Assembly (NCBI GenBank): GCA_934178555.1
Contig: CAKPQL010000002.1
Location: 23,419-87,418 of the forward strand
Origin: an uncultured Clostridia bacterium
GTDB taxonomy: Bacteria; Bacillota; Clostridia; TANB77; CAG-508
Direction of reading: 5' to 3'
DNA length: 64,000 nt
The translations under genes were made by a program, and so were the position numbers. The notes under the pieces are model-generated. The model made no database searches. It was given only the letters and a program-made list of their open reading frames with translations, and was not told the origin of the DNA. This document shows, piece after piece, positions 52,378 to 63,282 of this stretch (positions within the stretch are counted from its first letter, which is position 1; each line of letters begins with the position of its first letter).

Positions 52378-54993
52378 ATGGATATATTAAAATCTTTAAC
52401 AATAAAAAATTTAAAATTAAATAAAAAAAGAACAATTGTTACAATTATAGGTATAATGCTTGCAACAGCATTAATAGTTGCTTTATCTAGTTTAGTATTT
52501 AGCTTTAGAGAGAGTTTTATAGAATTTGAGAAAAATAATAGTGGAGATTATCATTATGCATATTTAAATGTTCCTAAAAAAGAAACAAAGTACATAGAGA
52601 ATAATAGAAATATTGAAAAAACATATTTAACAGAAGAAATAGGATATACAATTTTAGAAAATAGTCAAAATGAAAATAAACCATATATGTATTTACAAGC
52701 TTTTTCAAAAGATGCATTTGATAATTTGTCAATTAAATTATTGGATGGAAGATTACCGGAAAATGATAATGAAATTGTAATTTCAAATCATATAAAGACA
52801 AATGCAAGAGTTAAATATAGCATAGGCGATGTGTTAACATTAAGTATAGGAAAAAGAATTAGTGATGGATATGAGTTAACTCAAAACAATCCAATTGTAG
52901 AAGGGGAAAGTGAACAATTAGAAGAAAACTTTACTAAAACTTATACTATAGTTGGAATAATAGAAAGACCATGTAATTCTATAGAAGCATATAGTGCACC
53001 TGGATACACAATAATTACTGCTTTAAATGAAAATGAAACAGATGGAAATGTTAATATATATGCAAGATATACAAAAGATGGGTTAAAAAATCAATATGTA
53101 ACAACAGCAAATATATTGGAAACTGATGAAAAAACAGTTAGAGATTTAATAAATGGAGAAAATACAGAAGAAACTGATAGAGTTAAATATGATTTTTTGT
53201 GTAATTCATATCTAATAAAATATGAAACGATGGATTTTTCAGATTCTACAATGCTTATGTTATATAGTCTTGAAGCTATTATTATAGTTATAATAATAGT
53301 AACATCAATATTTTGTATTAGAAATAGTTTTGCAATATCAATTACAGAAAAAATACAGCAATATGGAATGTTAGCATCTGTTGGCACAACCTCAAAACAA
53401 ATAAAGAAAAACGTCTATTTTGAAAGTATAGTATTAGCAATTATTGGTATTCCATTAGGAATAATTTTAGGTTTAATTGCATCATTTATTCTAATAAAAA
53501 TATGTAACATTTTATTAAAGGATTCATTGCCAATAGCTTTAATATATAGAGTTTCAATAGTAGCAATACTAATTTCTACAATATTAAGTGTAATTACTTG
53601 TTTACTATCTGCAAGAAGTAGTGCGAAAAAGGCTTCAAAAATATCACCTATAGATGCAATAAAAGGAAATGAATATATAAAAGTAAAAAACAAGAAAATG
53701 AAATCCCCAAGAATAATAAGAAAAATTTGGGGTATAGGTGGGGATATTGCATATAAAAATTTAAAGAGAAACAACCAAAAATACAGAACTACAGTAGTTT
53801 CAATAGTGGTTTGTGTTGCTGTATTTATAGCAACATCATCTTTTGTAGATTTAGCATTTAGGGTTGTAAAAATAGAGATGGGAGAAATGGATTATAATAT
53901 TTCTATTAGAGGAAATATGCAATATGTCGATACTTTTACAGAGAAATTAAATAAAATATCAACTTTTGAAAATGTTGGAAATTATACATTACAAAGAGAT
54001 ACTACTATTGTGACAAATAATTTAAAACATACTGATGAATATACAAAAGTTTTAGGAAATGGCTTAGAGAAAAATGATAGGTACTTAACGGTATATTCTG
54101 TAGGAAAAGAAGAATATAATAGATACATTGAAAAATTAGGATTGAGCTATGAGAAATGTAAAGACAAGGCAATATTAATTAATAATTTTGTAGTAGAAAT
54201 AGTAGATAATAGTGGTAACCGTAAAACTAATGAAGTAAGTATATATAATTATAAAAAAGGAGATACTATATCAGGAGAATTTACATTAACTTATAGTGAA
54301 ACTGAAAAAAATAAAGTAAAAGAACATGTGAATATAGAAATTTGTGCTGTAACAAATGAACGACCAATGGCATTAAAAAATAATTATTATGAAGATGGAA
54401 TGATAATTGTAAGTGATGAATTTATGGATGAGCACAAAGAAGATATAAGCCCTTATGTGGCTATGTATATTGATTCTAGCAATGCCGATAAATTACAAGA
54501 CGATATAGATGCATATTTAAATAATGAAGGTGAATATTATATTGAAAATGTGAATCAAAATATGAGAACAATTAAATCAATGTACTTAATTATTGCAATA
54601 TTTCTTTATGGATTTATAACCGTAATAGCTTTAATTGGAATAACAAATATCTTTAATACAATTACTACTTCTATGGAACTAAGGTCAAAAGAATTTGCAA
54701 TGTTAAAATCAGTAGGAATGACAAAAAAAGAATTTGCCAGAATGATAAAACTAGAGAGTTTCTTTTATGGAACTAAGTCACTAATAATAGGAATACCAAT
54801 AGGAATTGGACTATCAGCCTTAATGTTTAAAGCATTGAAAGTAGGATATGAATTTTCATATCAATTACCAATAAGAGGAATAATAATATCTTTAATTGCA
54901 GTATTTTTGCTTGTTTGGTCTATTATGAAGTTTTCATTGAGTAAAATTAATAAGCAAAATATAATAGAAACAATAAGAAAAGATAATATATAA
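52378..54993 (+). CDS. ABC transporter permease with two FtsX-type modules and two large extracytoplasmic domains
   Basis: 871 aa made of two repeats of the pattern TM, roughly 250-aa loop, 3 TM. Directly follows the ATPase. Confidence 0.85.
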   Translation: MDILKSLTIKNLKLNKKRTIVTIIGIMLATALIVALSSLVFSFRESFIEFEKNNSGDYHYAYLNVPKKETKYIENNRNIEKTYLTEEIGYTILENSQNENKPYMYLQAFSKDAFDNLSIKLLDGRLPENDNEIVISNHIKTNARVKYSIGDVLTLSIGKRISDGYELTQNNPIVEGESEQLEENFTKTYTIVGIIERPCNSIEAYSAPGYTIITALNENETDGNVNIYARYTKDGLKNQYVTTANILETDEKTVRDLINGENTEETDRVKYDFLCNSYLIKYETMDFSDSTMLMLYSLEAIIIVIIIVTSIFCIRNSFAISITEKIQQYGMLASVGTTSKQIKKNVYFESIVLAIIGIPLGIILGLIASFILIKICNILLKDSLPIALIYRVSIVAILISTILSVITCLLSARSSAKKASKISPIDAIKGNEYIKVKNKKMKSPRIIRKIWGIGGDIAYKNLKRNNQKYRTTVVSIVVCVAVFIATSSFVDLAFRVVKIEMGEMDYNISIRGNMQYVDTFTEKLNKISTFENVGNYTLQRDTTIVTNNLKHTDEYTKVLGNGLEKNDRYLTVYSVGKEEYNRYIEKLGLSYEKCKDKAILINNFVVEIVDNSGNRKTNEVSIYNYKKGDTISGEFTLTYSETEKNKVKEHVNIEICAVTNERPMALKNNYYEDGMIIVSDEFMDEHKEDISPYVAMYIDSSNADKLQDDIDAYLNNEGEYYIENVNQNMRTIKSMYLIIAIFLYGFITVIALIGITNIFNTITTSMELRSKEFAMLKSVGMTKKEFARMIKLESFFYGTKSLIIGIPIGIGLSALMFKALKVGYEFSYQLPIRGIIISLIAVFLLVWSIMKFSLSKINKQNIIETIRKDNI

Positions 54994-55116
54994 TAGGATA
55001 CATAAGTACTCAAAGCAAATAATAAATAATGAATATTGACATAAACTAGTGTTTGTGATATACCTTAAACAGAAAATTAAATATAAAAATAGTTATATAG
55101 AAGAAGGAGTTTTATT

Positions 55117-55656
55117 ATGGATTTAAAAGGTACAAAAACAGAAAAAAATTTAATGGAAGCTTTTGCAGGAGAATCACAAGCAAGAAACAAATATACATAT
55201 TTTGCAAGTAAAGCAAAAAAAGAAGGATATGAGCAAATTGCAGCAATATTTACAGAAACTGCTGAGAATGAAAAAGAACATGCTAAAATTTGGTTTAAGT
55301 TATTAAATGGTGGAAATATTGGAACAACTGTTGAAAATTTAAAAGCTGCAGCAGAAGGAGAAAATTACGAATGGACAGATATGTATGAAAAGATGGCAAA
55401 AGAAGCAAGAGAAGAAGGATTTGATTACATAGCCGGATTATTTGAGGGCGTAGCAAAAATAGAAAAAGAACATGAAGAAAGATACAAAAAATTATTAGAA
55501 AATGTAGAAGATGGTTTAGTATTTAGTAAAGATGGAGACAAAATATGGAAATGTAGAAATTGTGGACATATATGCATAGGAAAAGAAGCACCAGAAATTT
55601 GTCCAGTTTGCGCACATCCAAAAGCTTATTTCGAGATAAAGGCTGAAAATTATTAA
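55117..55656 (+). CDS. rbr: rubrerythrin
   Basis: Ferritin-like diiron motifs (E...EKEH twice) plus a C-terminal rubredoxin-like CRNCG...CPVC. Confidence 0.92.
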   Translation: MDLKGTKTEKNLMEAFAGESQARNKYTYFASKAKKEGYEQIAAIFTETAENEKEHAKIWFKLLNGGNIGTTVENLKAAAEGENYEWTDMYEKMAKEAREEGFDYIAGLFEGVAKIEKEHEERYKKLLENVEDGLVFSKDGDKIWKCRNCGHICIGKEAPEICPVCAHPKAYFEIKAENY

Positions 55657-55802
55657 TATATGGTTGGAAAAGACAAAATTGAAATAGTTGAAGATTAATT
55701 ATAATAATTTAACTTAAGAAACCTAAATAAAATACTTGACAAAATAAATAATATGGATTAAAATATAACTTGCTATTTGCTTAGGGCAATTAGTGAGTTA
55801 AT

Positions 55803-55880
55803 GGTGGATGTAGCTCAGTTGGTTAGAGCGCTAGTTTGTGGCACTAGAGGCCGTGGGTTCGAGTCCCATCTTCCACCCCA
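55803..55880 (+). tRNA. tRNA-His (anticodon GTG)
   Basis: Anticodon loop tTGTGGc and an extra 5' G(-1) opposite discriminator C, characteristic of tRNA-His. CCA encoded. Confidence 0.88.
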
Positions 55881-55910
55881 TAAACTTTTATAAAATATTA
55901 TATAATATAT

Positions 55911-55986
55911 TGGGGTGTAGCCAAGCGGTAAGGCACCAGACTTTGACTCTGGCATTTCGGCGGTTCGAATCCTCCCACCCCAGCCA
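55911..55986 (+). tRNA. tRNA-Gln (anticodon TTG)
   Basis: Acceptor tggggtg/cacccca, anticodon loop cTTTGAc, T-loop GGTTCGAATCC, CCA encoded. Terminator hairpin at about 55993-56016. Confidence 0.88.
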
Positions 55987-56083
55987 AAAAAAAATAAACC
56001 ATTTTTATGGTTTATTTTTTTATATAATAGTAAAAAACACGATTTAATTGTAAATCGTGCTTCTTACTAGTTTAGGGGATATG

Positions 56084-56317
56084 CTAGTTGTTTTGCCGAT
56101 AACGAGCATATGTCGCGATGCTGTGGTTGATTTCGCTAAGTCTGCAAGTGAGATTTAGCTTTTTGGCTTTGAGCTTGATAAGTTCTGAATGGTCGGGAGT
56201 ATAGGTTCCAGAATATGAAATAGTTCTCTGCAGTGCGAGTATTTGCAAATTTACATTTGCTATAGCCTGGGTAACCGTAGATTTTTCTTCTTTTAACTGT
56301 TCCAACCGTGTGTCCAT
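56084..56317 (-). CDS. small coiled-coil hypothetical protein (77 aa), GC-richer than surroundings
   Basis: Minus-strand ORF with an AGGGTG RBS and its own terminator (cacgattta/taaatcgtg, 56037-56062, plus a T-run on the minus strand). Confidence 0.45.
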   Translation of the reverse strand: MDTRLEQLKEEKSTVTQAIANVNLQILALQRTISYSGTYTPDHSELIKLKAKKLNLTCRLSEINHSIATYARYRQNN

Positions 56318-56477
56318 TAAGCAACACCCTTTCTAAAATTTATAATAAAATTATACTACAAAAATATATTAATATCAATATTTGAAATAAATTCCAAAAA
56401 TTGTGTTGCAAAATAAACATAATGTGATATAATATAAAGGCTTTTTAGCAATATTTAAAAGAAGGGATATGAATTAA

Positions 56478-57770
56478 ATGAGTTTAAAGATTGAAAAAAC
56501 AGACAAAAAAAACGAAGTAAAATTAGAATTTAGTATAGAGGCAGAAAAATTTGAGAATGCAATAAAAACAGTTTACAACAAAAATGCTAAATATTTTAAT
56601 ATACCTGGATTTAGAAAAGGTAAAGCACCAATGAATATTGTAGAAAAATACTATGGAAAAGAAATATTTTATGAAGATGCTTTTAATGAAATAGTACCAG
56701 AAATATATGAAAAAGAATTAAAAGATAATAATATAGAAGCAGTTAGCAAACCACAAATAGATATAGTACAAATGGAAAATGGTAAGGAATTAATATTTAC
56801 AGCAACTGTTCAAACAAAACCAGAGGTAAAACTTGGGAAATATAAAGGTATAGAAGTAGAAAAAGTTGAGTATAATGTATCTGATGAAGATGTTGAACAT
56901 GAATTAGGACATATGGCAGAAAGAAATGCAAGATTAATTACTGTGGAAGATAGACCAGTTGAGAGTGGAGATATTACAGTAATAGATTTTGAAGGATTTG
57001 TTGACGGAAAAGCTTTTGATGGAGGAAAAGCAGAAGGACATGAATTAACAATAGGAAGTAATACTTTCATTCCAGGTTTTGAAGACCAAATAATAGGAAT
57101 GAAAATAGACGAAGAAAAAGATATAAATGTCAAATTCCCAGAACAATATTTTTCAGAAGAATTGGCTGGAAAAGATGCTGTATTTAAAGTAAAATTACAT
57201 GAAATAAAGAAAAAAGAAATGCCAGCAATAGATGATGAACTTGCTAAAGATATAAGCGAATTTGATACATTAGCAGAATTAAAAGCAAGTATAAAAGAAA
57301 AAATACAAAAAGAAAATGAAACACGTGCAAAATATGAGACAGAAGATGCTGTAATAAAAGCAGTAGCAGAAAATACAGAAATTGATATTCCATCTGGAAT
57401 GATAGACTTAGAAATTGAAAACAACATAAGAGATGTAGAAAATAGATTAAGTTATCAAGGGGCAACTTTAGATCAATATTTGACTATGATGGGAAAAACA
57501 ATGGAAGAATTTAAAAATGAATATAAGCCACAAGCAGAACAAACAGTAAAACAAAGATTAATATTAGAAGCTGTTGCTAAAGAAGAAAATATAGAAGCTA
57601 CTGAAGCCGAAGTAGATGAAAAAATAAAAGAGATGGCAGAAAAATATGGTAAAAAAGAAGAAGAAATAAAAGAAAATGAACAACTAAGAAATTACATAAA
57701 AGAAAATAGCAAAGTGGACAAAACAATAACATTTTTAGTAGACAATGCTAAATTCAAAAAAGCTAAATAA
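56478..57770 (+). CDS. tig: trigger factor
   Basis: N-terminal ribosome-binding GFRKGKAP motif, an FKBP-type PPIase domain and an acidic C-terminus. Confidence 0.95.
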   Translation: MSLKIEKTDKKNEVKLEFSIEAEKFENAIKTVYNKNAKYFNIPGFRKGKAPMNIVEKYYGKEIFYEDAFNEIVPEIYEKELKDNNIEAVSKPQIDIVQMENGKELIFTATVQTKPEVKLGKYKGIEVEKVEYNVSDEDVEHELGHMAERNARLITVEDRPVESGDITVIDFEGFVDGKAFDGGKAEGHELTIGSNTFIPGFEDQIIGMKIDEEKDINVKFPEQYFSEELAGKDAVFKVKLHEIKKKEMPAIDDELAKDISEFDTLAELKASIKEKIQKENETRAKYETEDAVIKAVAENTEIDIPSGMIDLEIENNIRDVENRLSYQGATLDQYLTMMGKTMEEFKNEYKPQAEQTVKQRLILEAVAKEENIEATEAEVDEKIKEMAEKYGKKEEEIKENEQLRNYIKENSKVDKTITFLVDNAKFKKAK

Positions 57771-57824
57771 TTATATTGCAGATAAGATTATTTGGCTAAA
57801 ACAAATTCAAAGGAGGAAAGATAT

Positions 57825-58427
57825 ATGATAAACAATAGTTTAGTACCTTATGTAATCGAACAAACAAATAGAGGGGAAAGATCATATGATATATTCTCAA
57901 GATTATTAAAGGATAGAATTGTATTCTTAAGTGAAGATGTAAATCAAGCAACAGCAAGCTTGGTTGTTGCTCAAATGTTATTTTTAGAGTCAGAAGACCC
58001 TGACAAAGAAATAAACTTTTATATAAATAGCCCAGGAGGTTCTATAACAGATGGAATGGCAATATATGATACAATAAATTATATAAAATGCCCAGTATCT
58101 ACAATATGTATAGGTATGGCAGCTAGCATGGGTGCATTTCTTTTAGCTGCGGGAACAAAAGGAAAAAGATTTGCTACTCCAAATGCTGAAATTATGATTC
58201 ATCAACCATTAATTGGTGGTGGCGGACTTTCTGGTCAAACAACTGAAATTAAGATTCACGCAGAACATATGGTAAGAACAAGAGAAAAACTAAACAAAAT
58301 TTTAAGTGAAAGAACAGGAAAATCATTAGAACAAATAGAAAAAGATACAGAAAGAGATAATTTTATGACAGCGCAACAAGCATTAGAATATGGATTAATT
58401 GACGGAATAATGGATAAAAGAATGTAA
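57825..58427 (+). CDS. clpP: ATP-dependent Clp protease proteolytic subunit
   Basis: [15 protein letters not shown], and the catalytic Ser/His context ([17 protein letters not shown]). Start at MINNS after AGGAGG. Confidence 0.95.
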   Translation: MINNSLVPYVIEQTNRGERSYDIFSRLLKDRIVFLSEDVNQATASLVVAQMLFLESEDPDKEINFYINSPGGSITDGMAIYDTINYIKCPVSTICIGMAASMGAFLLAAGTKGKRFATPNAEIMIHQPLIGGGGLSGQTTEIKIHAEHMVRTREKLNKILSERTGKSLEQIEKDTERDNFMTAQQALEYGLIDGIMDKRM

Positions 58428-58488
58428 TTCTAAAGAAAAAATAGTGAAGGTTTTAACTTCTACTAATATAGAAAGGAATGTTTGATAG

Positions 58489-59805
58489 ATGGCACATAAA
58501 AACGAAATGTCTAAAGGAATAAGATGCTCTTTTTGTGGTAAAAGCCAAGACTTAGTAAAAAGAATTGTTGCAGGTCCTAGTGTATATATATGTGATGAAT
58601 GTATAGAGGTATGCAACAGTATACTAGAAAACGAGGCTTTTGATGATGTTGAATACGAAGATGTAAAAAAAGAAAAAATTCCTACTCCAGCTGAAATAAA
58701 AAAGATATTAGATGAATATGTTATAGGTCAAGAAAATGCAAAAAAAACATTATCTGTAGCGGTATATAATCATTATAAAAGAATAAACAATGAAGAAGCT
58801 ATTGAAGATGTAGAAATACAAAAAAGTAATGTATTGCTTATTGGACCTACTGGATGTGGAAAGACAGAACTTGCAAAAACATTAGCAAGAATATTGAATG
58901 TACCATTTGCTATAGCTGATGCAACAACACTTACAGAAGCTGGATATGTTGGCGAAGACGTCGAAAACATATTACTTAAATTAATACAAGCAGCAGACCA
59001 GGATATAGAGAGAGCTGAAAAAGGTATTATATATATAGATGAAATAGATAAAATATCTAGAAAATCTGAAAATCCATCAATAACAAGAGATGTTAGTGGA
59101 GAGGGAGTTCAACAAGCTTTATTAAAGATAATAGAAGGTACTGTTGCTTCTGTTCCACCTCAAGGGGGAAGAAAACATCCACATCAAGAGTTTTTACAAA
59201 TAAATACAGAAAATATATTATTTATTTGTGGTGGCGCTTTTGAGGGACTAGAAAACATAATAAAGGCAAGAACTGGGAAAAAATCAATAGGTTTTGGAGC
59301 AGAGATAGAAAGTAAAAAAGAAACAGATAAATATAAAGTACTTCAAGATATGTTGCCACAAGATTTATTAAAATACGGAATGATACCTGAGTTTATAGGT
59401 AGGTTACCAATAATAGCAACACTAGATGAGTTGGATAAAGATGCATTAATACAAATAGTAACTAAGCCAAAAAATGCATTAATAAAGCAATATAAGAAAT
59501 TATTTGAATTAGATGATGTAGAACTAGAATTTGAACCAGATGCGTTAGAATTAATTGTAGAAAAAGCAATTGAAAGAAATACAGGAGCTAGAGGTTTAAG
59601 GTCAATAATAGAAGATACAATGAGAGATATAATGTTTGAGATACCTGGAAACAGTAAAATAGAAAAGTGCATAATAACAAGGAAAACAGTAGAAGGAGCA
59701 GAAGGACCAAAACTAATTTTAAACGAAAATAAAAAGCCAAAGGATACAATAAAAAAGAAAAAGTTATCTTCAACAGAAAAGAAAGATAAAAAAACAGCAT
59801 CATAA
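58489..59805 (+). CDS. clpX: ATP-dependent Clp protease ATP-binding subunit ClpX
   Basis: N-terminal zinc finger CSFCGK...CDEC, Walker A GPTGCGKT, and IIYIDEIDK. Confidence 0.97.
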   Translation: MAHKNEMSKGIRCSFCGKSQDLVKRIVAGPSVYICDECIEVCNSILENEAFDDVEYEDVKKEKIPTPAEIKKILDEYVIGQENAKKTLSVAVYNHYKRINNEEAIEDVEIQKSNVLLIGPTGCGKTELAKTLARILNVPFAIADATTLTEAGYVGEDVENILLKLIQAADQDIERAEKGIIYIDEIDKISRKSENPSITRDVSGEGVQQALLKIIEGTVASVPPQGGRKHPHQEFLQINTENILFICGGAFEGLENIIKARTGKKSIGFGAEIESKKETDKYKVLQDMLPQDLLKYGMIPEFIGRLPIIATLDELDKDALIQIVTKPKNALIKQYKKLFELDDVELEFEPDALELIVEKAIERNTGARGLRSIIEDTMRDIMFEIPGNSKIEKCIITRKTVEGAEGPKLILNENKKPKDTIKKKKLSSTEKKDKKTAS

Positions 59806-59812
59806 AATATAG

Positions 59813-59846
59813 AGGCAGACTTTTTTAGTCTGCCTTGTATATTTTT
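59813..59846 (+). terminator. terminator after clpX
   Basis: aggcagact/agtctgcct stem followed by a T-rich tract. Confidence 0.65.
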
Positions 59847-59948
59847 AGTTGTAAAAAAAAGACATCAATGATATAATCGTAGACAATCTAGTAGATGATT
59901 ACGATAGCGACACATAACAATAAAAATACCATAAAAGGAGAGATAACA

Positions 59949-60617
59949 ATGTCTTTTATTATAGGAATAGATGGACCAGCTGGAAGTGGAAAAGGAACAG
60001 TAACAAAAATTATAGCAAAAAAGTTTGGACTAACACATATAGATACAGGAATAACATATAGAGCAGTGGCAAAAGCTGTATTAGATAATAATATAAAACT
60101 GGATGAAAAAGAAAAAATAATTGAAATAGCAAAAAATATAAATATAGAAATAGTAAATGATGAAAATGTAGACAAAGTTTACTTAAATGGTAAAGATGTA
60201 ACAAAAGACATAAGATCAAAAGAGGTTACAGCAATTGTTTCTCAAGTTTCATCAATTAAAGAAGTAAGACTACTAATGGTAGAATTACAAAGAAAATTGG
60301 CTGAAGGTAAAAATGTAATAATGGAGGGAAGAGACATTTGTACATATGTATTTCCAAATGCAGATTTAAAGATATACCTAAAAGCTTCATTAGAAGAAAG
60401 AGCAAGAAGAAGGTATGAGGAAAATAAAGAAAAAGGTATTGATACAACTTACGAAGAGGTTTTACAAAGCATAAAGTTAAGAGATGAAAACGATATGAAT
60501 AAAGAGATAGGTTCATTAAGAATAGCAGAGGATAGCATTGTTGTAGATACGACAGGCTTTGAAATAGAACAATCAGTAGAAAAAATATCAGAAATAATAA
60601 AAGAACGAATGAAATAA
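59949..60617 (+). CDS. cmk: cytidylate kinase
   Basis: IIGIDGPAGSGKGT P-loop and DTGITYRAVA. Start at MSFII after AAGGAG. Confidence 0.9.
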   Translation: MSFIIGIDGPAGSGKGTVTKIIAKKFGLTHIDTGITYRAVAKAVLDNNIKLDEKEKIIEIAKNINIEIVNDENVDKVYLNGKDVTKDIRSKEVTAIVSQVSSIKEVRLLMVELQRKLAEGKNVIMEGRDICTYVFPNADLKIYLKASLEERARRRYEENKEKGIDTTYEEVLQSIKLRDENDMNKEIGSLRIAEDSIVVDTTGFEIEQSVEKISEIIKERMK

Positions 60618-60641
60618 CATAAAAATGGAAGGAAGAAAAAT

Positions 60642-61220
60642 ATGCAAAGAAAAATAATTAAAGCTATTATTAGATTTTTTATGAGAATAATGTTTAGACT
60701 AAAAATAGTGGGGCAAGAGAATATACCAAAAGAAGGAGCTTGTATAATATGTGCAAATCATAAAAGTTATTTTGATCCACCGCTTATTGTAGCTTTTAAC
60801 AAAAGACATATAAATATGATTGCCAAGAAAGAGTTATATAAAAATCCAATTTTAGCATGGTTAGGAAGAGTCTTTAATGTATTTCCGGTAGAAAGAAATG
60901 GAAAAGATATAGAAGCTGTTAAACATTCCTTAAAGGTTCTAAAAAATGGAGAGATATTAGGAATATTCCCAGAAGGAACAAGAAACGGAATGAAAAAAGG
61001 AATAAAACCCAAAAGTGGAGCTGTTACAATGGCAATAAAAACTGGTGTGCCAATAATACCAGCAGGAATAAAAGGAGAATATAAATTTTTGAGAAAAGTA
61101 ATGATTACATATGGTGAGCCAATATATTATGATAAGTCTAAGATTAATTCACAAGATAAAGAGCAAACAGATAAATTAGCGAAAGAATTAATGGAAAAAA
61201 TAGTTAGTTTGACAAAATAA
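60642..61220 (+). CDS. plsC: 1-acyl-sn-glycerol-3-phosphate acyltransferase
   Basis: NHKSYFDP (HxxxxD) and FPEGTR motifs. Confidence 0.82.
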   Translation: MQRKIIKAIIRFFMRIMFRLKIVGQENIPKEGACIICANHKSYFDPPLIVAFNKRHINMIAKKELYKNPILAWLGRVFNVFPVERNGKDIEAVKHSLKVLKNGEILGIFPEGTRNGMKKGIKPKSGAVTMAIKTGVPIIPAGIKGEYKFLRKVMITYGEPIYYDKSKINSQDKEQTDKLAKELMEKIVSLTK

Positions 61221-61308
61221 TGTAAATATTGTATAATATATAATCGTTATTATAATGATGAGGATGCATACCTCATCATTAAACATTGTATTAAAAGGGG
61301 TAATTTTT

Positions 61309-63117
61309 ATGAATAACAAAAATATAAGAAATGTAGCAATAATAGCTCACGTAGACCACGGAAAAACAACACTTGTAGATGCTTTGTTAAGACAAAGTGG
61401 AACTTTTAGAGAAAATGAGCAAGTAGAAGAAAGAGTAATGGACTCAAACGATTTAGAGAGAGAAAGAGGAATTACAATACTTGCCAAAAATACATCTGTA
61501 ATGTATGGAGATATAAAAATAAATATAGTAGATACACCAGGACATGCTGATTTTGGGGGAGAAGTAGAAAGAGTATTGAAAATGGTTGATGGTGTTGTAC
61601 TATTAGTAGATGCTTTTGAAGGAGCAATGCCTCAAACAAGAGAAGTGTTAAAAAAATCATTGGCATTAAATTTAAAACCTATAGTAGTTATAAACAAAAT
61701 AGATAGACCAGGAGCAAGACCATTAAAGGTAATAGATGAAGTATTAGAATTATTTATAGAATTAGGAGCAAATGATGAGCAATTAGATTTCCCAGTTGTA
61801 TACGCTTCTGGAAAACAAGGTGTTGCTAAATTAAAATTAGAAGATGAAGCAAAAGATATGAAATGTTTATTTGAAACAATAGTAAATACAATAGAACCAC
61901 CAACATGTGACCAAGATGGACCAATGCAAATGTTAGTTTCAAATATATCATATGACGATTATGTTGGTAGAATTGCAATAGGTAGAATTGAAAGAGGTAT
62001 TATAAATAATGGAATGCCTGTTGCTGTATGCAAGAAGGACAAGACAGAAAATGCAAAGATAACAAAATTATACACATATATGGGATTAAAAAATGTAGAA
62101 GTTGAAACAGCACAAGCAGGGGATATAGTAGAAATTGCTGGTGTAGCAGATATAAATATAGGAGATACAATATGTGACGTAAATTGTCCAGAAAAAATAG
62201 ATTTTGTTGATATAGATGAACCAACAGTATCTATGACATTTAGTGTAAATGATGGACCTTTTGCTGGAAAAGAAGGTCAATTTGTTACATCAAGACATTT
62301 AAGAGATAGATTATTTAAAGAACTAGATAGAAATGTTAGTTTAAGAGTAAAAGAAACAGACAGAGCAGAGAGCTTTGAAGTATCAGGACGTGGAGAACTA
62401 CACTTATCTGTATTAATAGAAACAATGAGAAGAGAAGGATTCGAATTGTTAGTATCTCGTCCAAAAGTTATCTTTAAAGAAGAAAATGGTAAAAAAATGG
62501 AACCAATGGAAAGATTGGTTGTAAGTGTTCCAGAGGAATTTGTAGGAAATGTAATTGAAAAATTAGGAAAAAGAAAAGGCGAAATGGTTAATATGGAGCC
62601 AACTGGAGACGGACACACAAAGATAGAATTTAGAATTCCTGCAAGAGGATTAATTGGTTATAGAACAGAATTTATGACCGATACAAAAGGAAATGGAACT
62701 ATGAATAGTGTATTTGATGGATATGAAGAATACAAAGGAGATATTTCTGCTAGAACAAGAGGAACAATAGTTGCATTTGAAAAAGGAACATCAGTAACTT
62801 ATGGATTATACAATGCTCAAGATAAGGGAGAATTATTAATAGGACCAGGAGTAGATGTATACGAAGGAATGATTGTTGGATTAAACTCAAGATCAGAAGA
62901 TTTAGCTATAAATGTATGTAAAGAAAAACACTTAACAAATACAAGAGCTTCAGGTTCAGATGATGCATTACGTTTAGTACCACCATTACAGTTTTCATTG
63001 GAAAAAGCAATAGAATTTATAAATGATGATGAGTTGGTAGAGGTAACACCAAAAAATATTAGATTAAGAAAGAAAATACTAGATACAAAAACAAGAGAGA
63101 GAATGGCAAGAAGATAA
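61309..63117 (+). CDS. typA: translational GTPase TypA/BipA
   Basis: AHVDHGKTT, DTPGHADF and NKID G-motifs, with an EF-G-like domain order. Start at MNNKNIRN. Confidence 0.95.
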   Translation: MNNKNIRNVAIIAHVDHGKTTLVDALLRQSGTFRENEQVEERVMDSNDLERERGITILAKNTSVMYGDIKINIVDTPGHADFGGEVERVLKMVDGVVLLVDAFEGAMPQTREVLKKSLALNLKPIVVINKIDRPGARPLKVIDEVLELFIELGANDEQLDFPVVYASGKQGVAKLKLEDEAKDMKCLFETIVNTIEPPTCDQDGPMQMLVSNISYDDYVGRIAIGRIERGIINNGMPVAVCKKDKTENAKITKLYTYMGLKNVEVETAQAGDIVEIAGVADINIGDTICDVNCPEKIDFVDIDEPTVSMTFSVNDGPFAGKEGQFVTSRHLRDRLFKELDRNVSLRVKETDRAESFEVSGRGELHLSVLIETMRREGFELLVSRPKVIFKEENGKKMEPMERLVVSVPEEFVGNVIEKLGKRKGEMVNMEPTGDGHTKIEFRIPARGLIGYRTEFMTDTKGNGTMNSVFDGYEEYKGDISARTRGTIVAFEKGTSVTYGLYNAQDKGELLIGPGVDVYEGMIVGLNSRSEDLAINVCKEKHLTNTRASGSDDALRLVPPLQFSLEKAIEFINDDELVEVTPKNIRLRKKILDTKTRERMARR

Positions 63118-63282
63118 AATTAGATATATAATAAAATTAGGTTTCATAAATTATTTCTTTCAGTTGGTTGACCTTCGAGTGTTGGGAAAACTACTATGAA
63201 GGAGCATGTTGTTAAAAATCAACTTGTAAAAATAATTTATGAAACCTTTAATATATCACTAATATTACAAGGAGATAAAAAT

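Noticed and set aside
55838-56047. 69-aa ORF in the track
   Set aside because: It is a read-through of the tRNA-His and tRNA-Gln genes and is not coding.
61254-61280. Perfect 10-bp hairpin (aatgatgagg/cctcatcatt) upstream of typA as a riboswitch or attenuator
   Set aside because: It has no T-tract and no recognisable conserved motif. It is probably a plsC 3' stabilising hairpin, so evidence is insufficient to call a regulatory element.
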